Shown piece by piece: positions 13,291 through 27,260 of a stretch of DNA of 64,000 nucleotides (position 1 is the stretch's first letter; the number at the start of each line of letters is the position of its first letter). The translations under genes were made by a program, and so were the position numbers. The notes under the pieces were generated by a model. That model was not told the DNA's origin and made no database searches. It worked only from the letters and a program-made list of their open reading frames with translations. The DNA comes from Schmidtea polychroa (taxonomy: Eukaryota): contig CM097885.1 of assembly GCA_044892525.1 (NCBI GenBank), forward strand, positions 29,576,001 through 29,640,000, read 5' to 3'.

Positions 13291-16200
13291 CATAAAATGT
13301 CTTAAAGGTAAATTAGTAATTTATTTTAAGAATTTAGTAGCTGTTTGATCTGTTGGTTACTGAAAAAAATGTAATGCATCAAATTAATTATTTATTCTTA
13401 TAATTTTGTAATAAATATCTTTTTTAAATTATAAAAAAGAACAATTCATTCTATCAAACTACTTTATCTGCGGTCAGCAATCATTTATTGTCCTTATTGT
13501 TCCTTCTTTCAAGTGTGCAGTTCTGACTTAAACTAATAATAATCCCTTTTCTAGATTCTGCAATTGGTAATACTATAAATCATATTACAACTGCATAAAC
13601 ATTGTAATATACAATGTCTTATAAAAATGGATCTAATTTTTTTTTATTTTATAATTTATATTTTCTAAGAAAATAATAATTTTTAATAATAGTCTGAAAT
13701 TAAATTTAATTTAATTGTATTATTTTTATGAAAAATTTTATAAAATTTTATTTGAATATATAAAATATTTTTACAATAAAAGTAAAATAATTATTTGTAT
13801 AAGTATGTATAAATCTTTCAATAACTAAATATTTTGTTTATTTTCAAAATGGAGTTATATTTCTATTAATCTTTTTTAAAATGCTTGTCTAACATTATTT
13901 TGAGCAAAATCTACACAAATCTTTATAAATTAGTAAAATTTTTGACATAAACCCAATAAAGTCTTAACATTTTGCAATGTGAAGTATTTTAGGGTCCTTT
14001 AAAATGTCACAGATCTTATTGAATGTCAATTTTGCTAATAGCACACACAATTTTATTATAAACCTGGCAATTATAAAGATCCAAATATATAAAAAAGTGA
14101 TTACTACTTTTTGCAACTTTGAATCAACATTAGGATGATTCAACATGAAATTATTTTTAATTTATGAATAAAACCTGATTTTCATGATTTTTAATCATTA
14201 ACTGTGTAATGTACATTTTGTATAAAAAATTATAGTAAAACTATTGTTAGGTGATGCTGCGTTTTTTATTTGAATCAATGATTAAAATCTTTATTGAACT
14301 TGTTTCTGACTCTACTCATGTTCTTAGGTTATCTAATAAACGAGGTCCAAAAAAATATAGATTTATTGATACCGAATTTACAACACAAAGATATTGTTCT
14401 GAAATCCAACAATGTAAATAAATTGTAACAACGACACAACGACTTTGGAATTCAACAGTGAAATGGTTTTGCCAATAAAATAATTTGCCTCTCTCAAATC
14501 TTTTTTAAATATTTATTGCCAATTGATTTTTGTTGCAATTATACTTATTGGTCGTCACTATTTGACAATCATTTCTTCCATGTCCATCCATGACTTTTGC
14601 ATGAGTAAAATGGTCGTGATTCGATTACGGAAGCAATTTCAATGAATTTTTAATTGGTTTTATTTAATATTTTAAATTTAGATCGACAACAATTTGTAAT
14701 TATGTTTATTAATTAATTTCAATCTTAACTATGTTTTCTTTTCCTTTACATTTTCATATCTTTAAACGGAAATCTTTATTATTTATATAATTTTATTCAT
14801 TTTTTCATTTATAACTTTAACAAATTATTTTATTTAAAATTTCATCTTTTAAACCTCAACAATTAGAAGTATAGAAAAGTTATCCTTTGTTTAAATGTTG
14901 TTTAAATATAATTACAAATAAGAAAAAAAATTGAAAAATGAATAAGAAAATAAAAGCAAATATATTGAAAATAAATTTGTCTCAATTAAATAATTAATAT
15001 TAATTAATCTTTATAATTATAATTTAGTTTCATTTACCACGGTTACTATAAACAGCACTGTCGAAATATATTTCTCCAGTTTTGGAAGCTCAATATAATG
15101 CTCCTAAGTCTTTAAAACAAATATTAAAAAAATAAAAATGAAATAAAAAATTTATATATAATTAGAATCTGAAAAACCTTTATTGTGCGATTTTATTTAC
15201 AAGAAATTGCAAGATGTTGGGTTTTATTTGAAAGTCGGTTCTCTCTCAGACTCCTCGTGTTCTTATTCAACCAAATAAATTGAAACCCAACACAGAATAA
15301 TTTTATTCAATCTTTATCACAATTACACTTTGTCATATATGTCCCTTTCGATTTTTAGTAAGTTTTAATTAAATTTGCTTTTTTATTGATTTTTGAATAA
15401 ATAATTAAACATACATGGCAATGATTTAATTATAAGATAACGCCAATCAAACATTCTTTTCACGATATATTTCGACAGTTTTCCTGTCATCATCAGGTGG
15501 GATATAATAACTATGTAAATTAAGGATTTTAAACAAATTTATTATTTATATAAAAACTTTTTTATTTAATAAAAACATTTAATTATTTTTTAATTGATTT
15601 TACCCATTTTTGTTATGCTTTCCATCTATATATGAAGTTTTGGTTTTTGCGTTAACCCCAACAATGAGATAATTTTAAATATTCTGTTTAATAAAATTTT
15701 ATTTAAAAATAATAACTTTTTAGACAATATTGAAATATTTATCAAAACAAACATAAAATAAAGATTTCTTATAAGTGATAAGACAAATTTCGACAACTGA
15801 AAAATGCGACTTCAAATCGCAAGATAATTGTTTTCATAATTTCGAGTGTTAAGGATTTCTAAAATAAAAATTTGGGTTTATCATAAATATATTTTATAAT
15901 TGGAACGACTGAGCCTGAAATTGCAAATACTCAATTGAGCTAATTATACATTTTTGTCTACTGGATTTCGGCGGAATGCTGCAATTATCTTTCGTGCGAT
16001 TTCTTGCAACATGAAGGTAGATTCGATTGAAATTTTAAAAGAATTTAATAATTTCTATTTTCTTGACACTCGAAATTCTTCTAAAGCTTTATTTGCAACC
16101 ATATTTACCTACAAATCTTGCGGTGAATATTTAATCCGATTAATGGAGTTCAATCGACATGAAACTTTGCAAACCTTCATAATTCTGATAATATATAATT

Positions 16201-16321
16201 TGTCATCAATTATGTATATCATTGACAAATATTATGGGTAAATGGGGATTTATAAGTTACATTTTTCATTTAATTTACATTCTTTTAAAGATTTTTAAAT
16301 ATTTTTAAGTTTTGTTGTCAA

Positions 16322-16819
16322 TAGGGTTGCCAACTCCCACAACCTCGAACCCGGGAGATTATAAAATTGCGAATAGTATAACGCTTAAGAAATAATATAA
16401 CAGGTGTTTTTTCACTTTTTTGGTTTACACATGTTAGTGATTTTAACAGTATGATAACTAATATCATAAAGATTAAAACAAAACAATTATTTTTAAATAT
16501 TATATTTTACATTTTTTACATTTTAAAAGTGAAAAAAACCTGACAGTGACAGACTAATAACGTGGGTAAGAAGAAAAATATAAATCGCTCGCCGCGAACA
16601 AACAACTTGAACTTTTCCGGTGACTGTGAGCAAACATAAATCTTGACTATCATTATTTTAAAACTTCAAAAACTGCACTTTTTTCTTGAAAAATTGTAAA
16701 ATATTGTAAAAAAAGGAAAGACGGGAGATTTAAATCTCTCGGGTCATAGTTAACCGGGAGACGGAGACGAAAGCCCATTTCAGGAGACTTCCGGCAAAAA
16801 CGGAGATTTGGCAAGCCTG
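16322..16819. mobile_element. hAT-type MITE
   Basis: TIR TAGGGTTGCCAA / TTGGCAAGCCTG. Perfect 8-bp TSD GTTGTCAA at 16314-16321 and 16820-16827. Confidence 0.85.
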
Positions 16820-17420
16820 GTTGTCAATAATATTTTTAATGAAATTAAACTATTGTATTTATTATGAATTTCAAGTCATTTATGATTAATTTTCGAAAGG
16901 ATAATATTTAGTAAATTTTTATTTACATGCAGATTCCCTGACATCGACCAATCCTTTATATTCAATTTGTGAGTAATTAAAATATATTTAATTTTAAATT
17001 TAATATTTCTATTATAAATTACTTTTTAAAATTTTACTTTTACATTTTCCATCATTTCCAGTAATCTAGAATAATTTTTCAAATCTCTAAAAATGTTTTA
17101 AATTGGAATTTTATTAAATAAATTATAATTTACATTGACATATTTTTTTTCTTATTAGTTTTTAAATTTAATAACTTGTGTTTTATTCAAAAATATAAAC
17201 AGATTAAATTAGAATTAAAATTAGACATTTCAAGACTCTTTAAATCTACGGAGGGATGTAAAACCATTATGTATGAATGGAACCATCCCATTGACAAAAT
17301 CTTCTTCCATCCATTCAACATTTACTTCGCTTGCCGTTTTAGAAATTGCGTTCAAACACTGTTCTACATTCTATCCTTTGCAAACACAGTTAGGCCATAA
17401 TTTGTGCCAAACTCCATTCA

Positions 17421-17537
17421 TAATAATAATAATAATAAAAATAATAATAATAATAAAAATAATAATAATAAAAATAATAAAAATAATAATAATAATAACA
17501 TAATAATAATAATATTAAAAATGAAAATAATAAAAAT

Positions 17538-17610
<73 letters not shown>

Positions 17611-17646
17611 TACTAATAATAATAACAATAATAATAATAATAATGA

Positions 17647-17733
<87 letters not shown>

Positions 17734-17800
17734 TAATAATAATAAAAATAATAATAATAGTAATTATAATAAAAATATTAATAATAAAATAAAAATAATA
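17421..17800. repeat. Imperfect (AAT)n microsatellite
   Basis: Direct reading. Confidence 0.95.
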
Positions 17801-18726
17801 AAGATTATCGCCTGAAACATCTGGATACCATAATTTTCAACATATTTAAAATTCTTCCATGACTAAAATTGCACAAAATCTCAAAATCTGCAACAAAGTG
17901 AAGATTTCAAATTTTTTTTGGAAATTCGATCAGTTTGTGCTCATGGCTTTCATGTGATTTAATGCCCTGGAGAGTGGATTCAGACTTGAGTCAATTCTCT
18001 GAGAAACAAAAATGATCACAGTAGCCACTTCAAAATTCAATAAATAAATAAATTATATTTAAAAAACTTTAAAATTAAATTTACTCAGAAATGTAGCGAT
18101 AATTTACGAGTTCAAACAGATATTTTCAACAAAAGCAGTGCTACTGTTGATCAAATCAAAAGACTGATAATAATGTCCTTTCAAACTATAATTTTCAAAC
18201 CTTCAAAGGAAAGGAAATTGAAAAATTTGATTGGAAAACCTAAGAAGAGAGAGATTTCAAAAAGAAATTCCTCCGAAAACTAGTTATACAGAACCGAAAG
18301 AGTTCCAATTATCAAAACCTAAAGAATTAAAAACATATAGATAAATGAAAATTCCACGAAGCTTACTGTATTTTACTTCTCTGCTAAAATCTCCAAGACA
18401 ATCAAGAATGACAATTTTACAATTATTCCCAATTTAATTTTAATTTTAATTTTCTTTAAATACAAAAAAGAATTAGAAATTTGTTTTAAAAAAGAATTAT
18501 TATAATTTATTGTTTAAATAATGCCTTGAAAGTAAATTGAGTTTGATTACCTGTGAGAATTTGCTATTTTCGAAAGTTCGAAGCTATAAAAATTAATGAA
18601 ATTCAAAGTTATGACTTGTGAACAAAAGCCTATTCTTGGTTATCATATTGAAAATAGAGTCCCTATGCCACAATTAGCTAAATTTATTAAGAAAAAACCA
18701 ATTGTTATACCAAGATTTGTTATAAA

Positions 18727-18913
18727 CCGTTTGCGGACGGAATTAATTTCAATAAGTAGAGTTTTTAGCATAAAATATTTTAATATACGATTGCCCGATA
18801 TCGTGGTATGATTTTTTAAGTTTGGCCAGCAAATTGTTAATGCCCATTATACATTGTTGAACGTCTGGAACAAAATTCGTGGCCAGCAGTGATGGCCTAC
18901 CGTCCGCAAACGG
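18727..18913. mobile_element. piggyBac-type MITE
   Basis: Perfect 14-bp TIR CCGTTTGCGGACGG / CCGTCCGCAAACGG flanked by TAAA and TTAA. Confidence 0.65.
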
Positions 18914-20235
18914 TTAAAACCGATGACATTGTTAGAGAGACTTAAATTTTAAGCTAATCAAACCGTCCGGATATCATTCAAATTTATGTAGCTTTTGATA
19001 AGAAAAATGATAAAAATGTATGTTTTGATGTTAGAATTAGCTGATACAAAAAAGAGGACATGATAGAAATTTAGTGAAATTTTTCAGAAGTTGGGTGAAT
19101 TAAAATTCATTCAGAACTATGATAGCGCTCAGTTTCTTCTGTCAGTTCTTTTTGGTTCAAAAAGGATAGAATTTATCTTCACAGAAATTCAATTATTCCT
19201 AATTTCTATTATTGCAGTAGGAGCCAGTGTTGCATTCGTTTCTTATTGCATGTATTTCTATTAAAAACAAAGAAGTCTTCTTGGATTTATAAATAAACTA
19301 CATGAAGAACGAAAAAAATCGAAAAGAATGTCAATTAAAAAGAAGAATATCTTTAATGGATTTAAAAAGGATTTGAAATCGTGAGATTTCGCATATAAAA
19401 GATTTTTGCTAAAAATTGTAGATTTGTTCTCGAGAACAATCCATGCTGTCAAAATTTCAGATCGATCCAAGCACGGAAAGTGAGTTAATTTTAAAAATAT
19501 TGATATGTCTAATCTATTGTTATTTCCTTATTTCAATATAAATTCTTATCTATTCATTAACTTCGGCTTAAAGAGATAGCGTAATTATATCTAAAAGATG
19601 TTATATAATTTTGAACCTTATGTTCATATAGGTACTTAAAGTGCAAAATAGTATGAAAAATTTCCTTATGGAGATTTTGAGTTGACATTTTTCAATATAT
19701 TATATGAAATATATTGTTCTTGTGTTATAGAAATAAAATTTTGGACTTAATACAGTGAAAAATTTGTGTCCTGTGTTAAAAAATGGGAAAGTAAATGTTG
19801 TTCTTGTATTGGCTATCAAATTAAAACTTCTTTCAGGCGAACCGGACTTTTAGTTATTTGCGGTTAGCACTCAAGATTTGACATTGAGAACGCATATTGA
19901 AATTTTAGTTTTGAGTGAAATTAAGAGAGTTTCAAAATCCATGTTTTTATGGTTGGTTTTTATTATTTGAATTTATTAACTATCAATATTTTAAGAATTT
20001 ACCAAATCTTTAGAAAAGACCTAATATTTTAAAAACTTTTTTTGGTGACTAATTAAATCCCATTGTTGTAAGATTTGACTTGACTCAATATTGTTTAAAT
20101 ATTCTTAATAAAGTTAGCTTTTAATAAGTGTATTTAATTAAGTTAATTAATTTAGTAAATATATTATTAGTTGCGCACATCTAAAACTCAATTATTTTTT
20201 ATTGTAAAATTAATGATTTTTTAAATAACTTTGAG

Positions 20236-20517
20236 CAGGGATGCACAGACTTTTCGTATGGGTGCCACATTTTCTAATAATACATTCTATGAGGGCCACA
20301 TTTAGAAAAAAACACCTAATCTGTGCAATTTTTTTTAAGTCTGTGCAATTTTTATTAAATCTGTGCAATTTTTATTAAATTTATGCAATTTATATTAAAT
20401 CTGGAAATTTTTTATATAAATATTTAAATAAATATATTAAATAAATATACACGAGGGCCACACAAATTATTCAAAAGGGCCGCATGTGGCCCGCAGGCCG
20501 TACTTTGTGCATCCCTG
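20236..20517. mobile_element. hAT (Charlie-like) MITE
   Basis: TIR CAGGGATGCACA / TGTGCATCCCTG, subterminal GGGCCGCATGTGGCCC. Flanks ACTTTGAG / ATTTAGAG form a degenerate TSD. Confidence 0.75.
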
Positions 20518-20525
20518 ATTTAGAG

Positions 20526-20956
20526 CATCTATTCTCAAAACATGGGTCGCGACCCGTATGTGGGTCGTGGAAACTTCCCAGGTTGGTCGCGAGGATGCTA
20601 TTTGTAAAAAAATGAAACAAACTACGTCACAAACTTTTTAATCTGCTACAAACAAAACGAACTTGTCAGCAATATGCAAGCTCACCCATCTCATTAATAT
20701 GCTAAATTTATTCGAGAATGCAACTGTGTTTTTTAAATTTATTCTTTTATTTCGAATAATTAATTGTAATAATTATCTTTAAGAATTAAGGGTTTGTTAG
20801 AAAAACTTTGAAAAAATTAAAATACGTTTAATGGGAAAATATTTTAGTCGGAGTTGGTAAATATAAAGTTGATTGCAAAAAAAGGAAAGAATTTTGTATT
20901 GGGTCGCCAAGTTTCTGGCTAGTGGGTCCCTATTTAAAACAGTTTGAGGACCCCTG
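20526..20956. mobile_element. Second hAT (Charlie-like) MITE
   Basis: Perfect 8-bp TSD ATTTAGAG at 20518-20525 and 20957-20964. Right end TTTGAGGACCCCTG, GGGTCGCGACCC subterminal motifs. Confidence 0.7.
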
Positions 20957-21483
20957 ATTTAGAGTATTTATTTTGCTACAAATTTTATTTTTCTTAAATC
21001 TGGTGTATTATTTAAAATAAAACTTTATCTTTACATTGAAATTTGATTTTAAAAATATGAGAATAATTTGTAATCAAATAGTTTTTAATTGATATAATTT
21101 TAGAATTGATATAAATACGAATTTTTATTATATCATTTTGTTGATATGCTTCAGACAAACAAATAAGGATTATATTAACCATTTGGGAGATTTGTTGCAA
21201 TTAATTTATTGCGAGTAATTGTTTTGTAAATTATTAAATTATTAAGAGTATTTTAAAGATTATTCGAAAAACAATAAGACAATCCTGCTGGGCTAAATTT
21301 ATCTTATAACATATCTTGAATAGTTATTTCCTTTGAGATTTTGATAAATTTGAGATTGAAATGTTATCAAAATTAATCTGTATAAATTTTATTAAATTTT
21401 ATTTATTATAATTAAATAAATTGTAAATTCTTTTGATCTATTCCTATTTTAAATAATATAATAAATAAATATAATCATTAATA

Positions 21484-21677
<194 letters not shown>

Positions 21678-21729
21678 TAAAACAATAAAATGATAATTTA
21701 AGCCTTTTGCTGCAAATAATGTATTTAAT

Positions 21730-21768
21730 GAAAGAATTTTCGACTATACGATAGTCCTTGTCAATCTC
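21730..21768 (-). ncRNA. Minimal hammerhead ribozyme (U3-A8 variant) in the Penelope 3' region
   Basis: Minus strand GAGA-TTGACAA-G-GACTAT-CGT-ATAGTC-GAAA-AT-TC-TTTC. Confidence 0.65.
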
Positions 21769-21925
21769 CTGGAATTTAGCAATGTTCTTCTTCAAAATAC
21801 CCTTCAATCTTTCTTTTATTTCCTTTCTCTTAATTCTCATTGGTTGTAAATATAATGAATTGTTTTATTTTTAATTTATTCTTATTTTTTTTAATTTCTT
21901 TGTATATTGTCAGTTATTCTCAAAG

Positions 21926-23355
21926 TCAATGACAACAGATCAAATTCATGATTTCATTGATTTCTTCTTTAGTGTTGATCTTTGGCTGTCTGTTTATTAT
22001 GAGAATTGCTTCTTTGATTCTGACATTTTTCTTTTGGATGTTTCCATTAGCTATGATTTCTATTGAAATATTTTTTCTTTCCTCTGTTGGCTGACACTGC
22101 CGGAGATGTCTGCCCAACGAGGATGTTCCACCAGGATCTAGATGTTCCTTAACTCTTTGGTGCAATGTCCTGAGGGTACTTCCAATGTAGATTTCATTGC
22201 ATACATTGCACGTGATGCAATAGACGATGTTTTTTCTAAAGCACATATCTTTCGGTGTCTGGCAGTTTTTCATTGTGCAATTGTTTTCTCTATTTATGTT
22301 GCCTGCCAGAGCCCTTCTCAATGTCCAAGATTTATGTGCTATCCGAATTGGAAGACCGGTACGTTTAAGTTCTTTCAGGATCTTGAAGTCGAGTATGTCA
22401 CTGATGAATGGGATATTCAGATAGAAATATTTCTGATTCTTTTGTGTTAATTCCCTAGATCTTCTTGGGGTAGAATTCATTTTTTCAATGTCCTCACCTT
22501 GGTATCCGTTTCGGTGTAGGATTTTATTGAAATTTGATTGCTCTTTAAAGTTTTCGTTTTTCTCCGTGCATCGATTGGCTATTCTTCGTTTCTCGTTTCT
22601 TATGACATGTACTTTCTGTAAGTATGGAAGAGCTGATCTTTGGTGCATAAATATTTCTTTGCGAGCTGGTTTTCTGTAGAACCCGTATGTTGGAGTATTT
22701 TCTTCTATTTTGATTCTCAAATCCAATAAATTGAGGGATCCATCTTCTTCCGGATATTCGATTTCGAACTTAATATCTTGATGAGCCGCATTGAATGAAT
22801 GAAATATTTCCTCCGCTTCTTTTCTGTTTTTGGTCAAGATGAAGATATCATCTACATATCTTGCATAGAAACCGATGGGTTGTATGGTCCTCAGTGTCTG
22901 TCGTTCGAGGTTATCCATAAAGATGATTGCTAGCAGTCCTGATATGCTAGAACCCATAGGCAGACCTTTAACTTGTTTATAGATATTTTGTTCAAAGGTA
23001 AAATAGGTGTTCTCGAGGATAACAGTAAGTAGTTTGGTGATATTCTCGATATTCATTTCCTTTATTAACAAGTTGCTTTCTCTTAATTTCTTTTCTAAAC
23101 ATTGAATAGCCTCTGTTGGTTCGATAGATGTGTATAGTGATACGACATCAAGACTAAATGGGTATTGGAATTCTCTATGACAAGTCATGTTATTATTTAG
23201 TCTTGTCATGAGGCAGTCGCTGCTTTGAAGATGGTGTGGTATCGTGTCCAATAAAGGTTTCAAGATCTTTGCAAGGAGCCAACTTGTTTTAGTTGTTGGT
23301 CCATTTTTGTTGGACACTATAGGTCTAATTTTGTTACCAGGACCCTCTTTGTGAG

Positions 23356-23360
<5 letters not shown>
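21926..23360 (-). CDS. Penelope-like reverse transcriptase / GIY-YIG endonuclease, 5'-truncated
   Basis: KTHK..IRPIVS, FSLDVVSLYT, GLPMGSSIS, YARYVDDIF, LNLLDL, IVYCITCNVCNEIYIGST, RVKEH, KEAILI. The frame stays open upstream of the listed start until the (AAT)n at ~23360. Confidence 0.93.
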
Positions 23361-23446
<86 letters not shown>

Positions 23447-23498
23447 TAAAACAATAAAGTGATAATTGAAGCCTTTTGCTGCGAATAATGTATTTAAT

Positions 23499-23537
23499 GA
23501 AAAATATTTCGACTATAAGATAGTCCTTGTCAATCTC
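23499..23537 (-). ncRNA. Second hammerhead copy in the pseudo-LTR
   Basis: Minus strand GAGA-TTGACAA-G-GACTAT-CTT-ATAGTC-GAAA-TA-TT-TTTC. Confidence 0.6.
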
Positions 23538-24189
23538 CTGGAATTTAGCAATCTCCTTCCAGAAAATACATTTCTATCTTTCTTTTATTTCCTTTTTCTT
23601 AATTCTCATTTGTTATAAATATAATATAATGATATACTTTCTTTTCCTGAACTTTTTTAAAAATTTTATTTAAAATTAAAATTAGAATAAAATAAATATT
23701 ATTTAAAACTCAAAATGACAAATACTAAAATCTTTAAATTTTTTGAAGTTTCTATAATTAGCTTCTAGAAGCCTAATATAATGTTTCAAAATATTTTAAA
23801 ATAAAGCCTCCAATAACTATTTATATACGCTATTTAAATATTTCAATAAATGTGTCAATTTTGATTTTTAAATCCTATCTTTTGAAAGTATACTTCCTAA
23901 AGTTTTCTATATTATTTTAATTATTACTTTTTTTTAAATTTATTATATTTTTTATATATTATCAGTTATTCTCAAGGTCAATGACAACAGATCAAATTGA
24001 TGATTTCATTGATTTCTTCTTTAGTATTGATTTTTGGCCGTCTGTTTATGATGAGAATTGCTTTTTTGAATCTGACATTTTTCTTTTGGATGTTTCCATT
24101 TGCTATGATTTCGATTGAAATTTTTTTTGAAATTTTTTGAAATTTTTTCAAGTGGCACGGATATCAAAACCCCACTTGGATATTTGAAA

Positions 24190-25740
24190 ATGAATAAAAC
24201 TAATATTTACATGATTTTACCCAGCAATAGCTCTCCTTTAATCCATCCAAATAACAATGCTAGTAAATTTATTGTCGAACTTCAAAATCAAATCTATTTA
24301 AATGGTAGTTGGGAAGTGTCCTTGTTGGATTTTACATTTGTATACAATCTCTTTCCGTTTTACAGCAAATCCAAGATTGAATATACCAAAATGGAATCAG
24401 TATCAAAAATTGTTAAAGTGAAGATGATTTAAGACAGCTATGAAATGGTCAATCAAACAAATACAAATGTGATAATATATGTTGAAGAAAGATTGCTATT
24501 TGTACTTTCAATGTTTGAAGCGACCATTTCAATTTTTATTTGAAACTTTAACTGATGCAAAACGTCTAGGATTTACTCTAGTGCGTAAATTTGATCTTGA
24601 TGCTCGTCTCAAAACTGATGCTCTTCCCAAAACTGATGCTCTATTCAAATTTCAACTCTTGTATAACAAAGCAGTTGAGCATGTCTATACATTTTAAGAT
24701 TATTTAACAAAACATTGTGCAAATATTTTCGCTGTTGTTGAATTAGACAAATATTTTAAATTTCAAATGAATCCGACTGTTGACCAAATGAAATTTGACT
24801 CTTATTTGGTAAAAACATTAGGATTATCTAAAGAAACGTATATACAAAACTTAAAAGTTAACGAAGGAACATCGAAACCAAAAATAATTAAACTTCATCA
24901 ACAAATGTTCATTTAAAATATTGTTGAATCCATATTTGTTGGTGATGTTAGTGTTCCTCTATTGAAATCAGTATAGATTGGAAAACATGAGCAGGATGAA
25001 GTCGTTCAAATATCAATTGAAAATCCTATGTATTTATCTGTTTCAACATCATGCATAAACAATATAGAAATTAATATACGTGATGATAGCAGAAAAGTGA
25101 TAAAATTTCTAAAAGATTCAAAAACTCATTTGACTTTACATTTTCGCAAAGTGAATGACTTATCGTGATATTGTATCGCTTTATAGTGGTAGTCAAAATG
25201 GTGGAGAATTACCATATTTTATTTGTAAACAATATGGATCCGGATGGTTCCAAAAAATTGGAAGGTTTTAACTTCCCATACTTAAAAAGATTAGTTCTTT
25301 TGGCATGAAAACAGCAAAGGATGTGATAATGAAAGATCAAAAAATTCTTCCAACATTAAAAAGACATGCAATAGATGAAATTGGGAAATTGATACCTGGT
25401 GTAGCAAAAAGTTCCAAACCAAATGAAACTAAAAAACCTTCACCACCACCACCAATACAAAAACTAACACCACAACAAATTCTGAATAAACGACGAAGAT
25501 ATAGTATAAACAAAAGATTGAAAGGTCGTGGAACAATATTTCAAAATAATAAAGATCCGGCAAAACTGAATTGTGTATTTTTGATCGTCCATCTCCACAA
25601 GTAGTAATTGAAAATGGAATATTTGAAGATGTATTTCCCATGAATTCAATTACTGATTCGAGAAATGATGTTGAATTTTTTATTAATGGTTCACAGACTG
25701 AATATTTAGATTTGAATGATATTCTATTATCAATTCAATA
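24190..25740 (+). pseudogene. Decayed Polinton fragment: minor capsid, core protein and start of major capsid
   Basis: YMILPSNSS..NNASKF and NIEINIRDD..LTLHFRK parallel 33487-34491. SQNGGELPYF..QYGSGW parallels 34484. KTELCIFDRPSPQVVIENG..VEFFINGSQTEYLDLND resembles the Polinton MCP N-terminus. Multiple stops. Confidence 0.85.
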
Positions 25741-26221
25741 CTCAAGTTTTCTTTTCGTCTCTCTTCCAACTGTTTTTCTGCTTTTCAACAATTTATTTTA
25801 AATCTTCTTGTAAATTTAAATCTCTCGCAAATTTCTTTCGTCGTAAATTTTTCCAACATCTCTCCTTGTTTGTGTTCAGTTTTTATACCTTGCCATCTGA
25901 TAGCACTTATTGATAATGCATTCATTTTTCTTCACCTGTTCTATTGGGCACTCTGTTATCTCTGACAGCTGTCGAGATATGAATTTTTTGACAATCCTAT
26001 CTCTTAGATTCCCCATTTCCTTTATCTCGAATAGGTCATCGAGATAATAAGATAATTTAAACTGTGTTTTGCTTTTGTTGCGTTTGTACTTGTTAATAAG
26101 GAATGACCTTCTTTTATTTAATTGTCTGCTTTTATTGATTTTCTTCTGTTTACTTCTCATTTTTCGATTTTTTTCTTTCACTCCAATTTCACTGAGTTCG
26201 AGAACAACACCCCATCCATGT
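25740..26221 (-). pseudogene. Basic ORF remnant, possibly a Penelope ORF N-terminus; target site of the palindromic Polinton
   Basis: Lys/Arg-rich frame MRSKQKKINK..RRSFLINKYK. No diagnostic catalytic motif. Confidence 0.3.
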
Positions 26222-26344
26222 ATCATTAGTAGATGGATTGGGCACCGCTGGCACAGGGCACCGCTAGCACAGTACCCCCCCCCCTCCCCCCCCCCCGTCG
26301 GTAAGATTTTCAAAAATATTCTAAGTCTAAAAGTACATTTTTTT

Positions 26345-27260
26345 TTCAAGGTCAAATTTAAACAAAGACATATGACTCATCAAGGTCATTGAAACAAAGA
26401 CCATGAGTCATCCTATGACTCATAAAATTTTTCAAGGTCATTTAAACAAAGACCATGACTCATCCGATGACTCATCAAGGACATTTTCAAGGTCATATGA
26501 CTCATACTATGACTCATCAAGGTCAAAAAAATTTCCTCAAGGTCATTTAAACAAAGACCATGACTCATCCGATGACTCATCAAGGACATTTTCAAGGTCA
26601 TATGACTCATACTATGACTCATCAAGGTCAAAAAAAATTTCTCAAGGTCATTTAAACAAAGACCATGACTCATCAAGGTCATTTTCAAGGTCATATGACT
26701 CATCCTATGACTCATATGCCCTTGAAAAATTTTTTCAAGGTCATATGACTCATCCTATGACTCATCAAGGTCATTGAAACAAAGACCATGACTCATAGTA
26801 TGACTCATATGACCCTGAAAAATTTTTTTCAAGGTCATATGACTCATAGTATGACTCATCAGGGGCATTTTCAAGGTCGTATGACTCATAGCATGACTCA
26901 TTTGACCTTGAAAAATTTTTTTCAAGGTCATATGACTCATAATATGACTCATCAAGGTCATTTTCAAGGTCATATGACTCATAATATGACTCATCAAGGT
27001 CATTTTCAAGGTCATATGACTCATAGTATGACTCATTTGACCTTGAAAAAATTTTTCAAGGTCATATGTCTCATCCTATGACTCATCAAGGTCATTCTCA
27101 AGGTCATATGACTCATCCGATGACTCATCAAAATTTTCAAGGTCATTTTCAAGGTCATCTGAGTCATCCTATGACTCATCAAGGTCATTTTCAAGGTCAC
27201 ATGACTCATCCAAGGTTATTCCCAAGGTCATATGAGTCATCGCGATGACTCATCAAGGTC
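26345..27260. promoter_or_regulatory. Subterminal array of ATGACTCAT, TCAAGGTCA and AAACAAAG motifs (left arm)
   Basis: Dozens of shuffled copies read directly. They match AP-1, NR5A/ERR extended half-site and Fox/Sox-like consensus. Function is inferred. Confidence 0.6.

Noticed and set aside
400..21400. Host protein-coding exons
   Set aside because: No coherent exon chain or recognisable product. Small exons cannot be excluded.
26403..27248. Repetitive MTH/QGH/SHM ORFs (also 40692-40874)
   Set aside because: By-products of the DNA motif array. Open in several frames on both strands and not preserved between arms.
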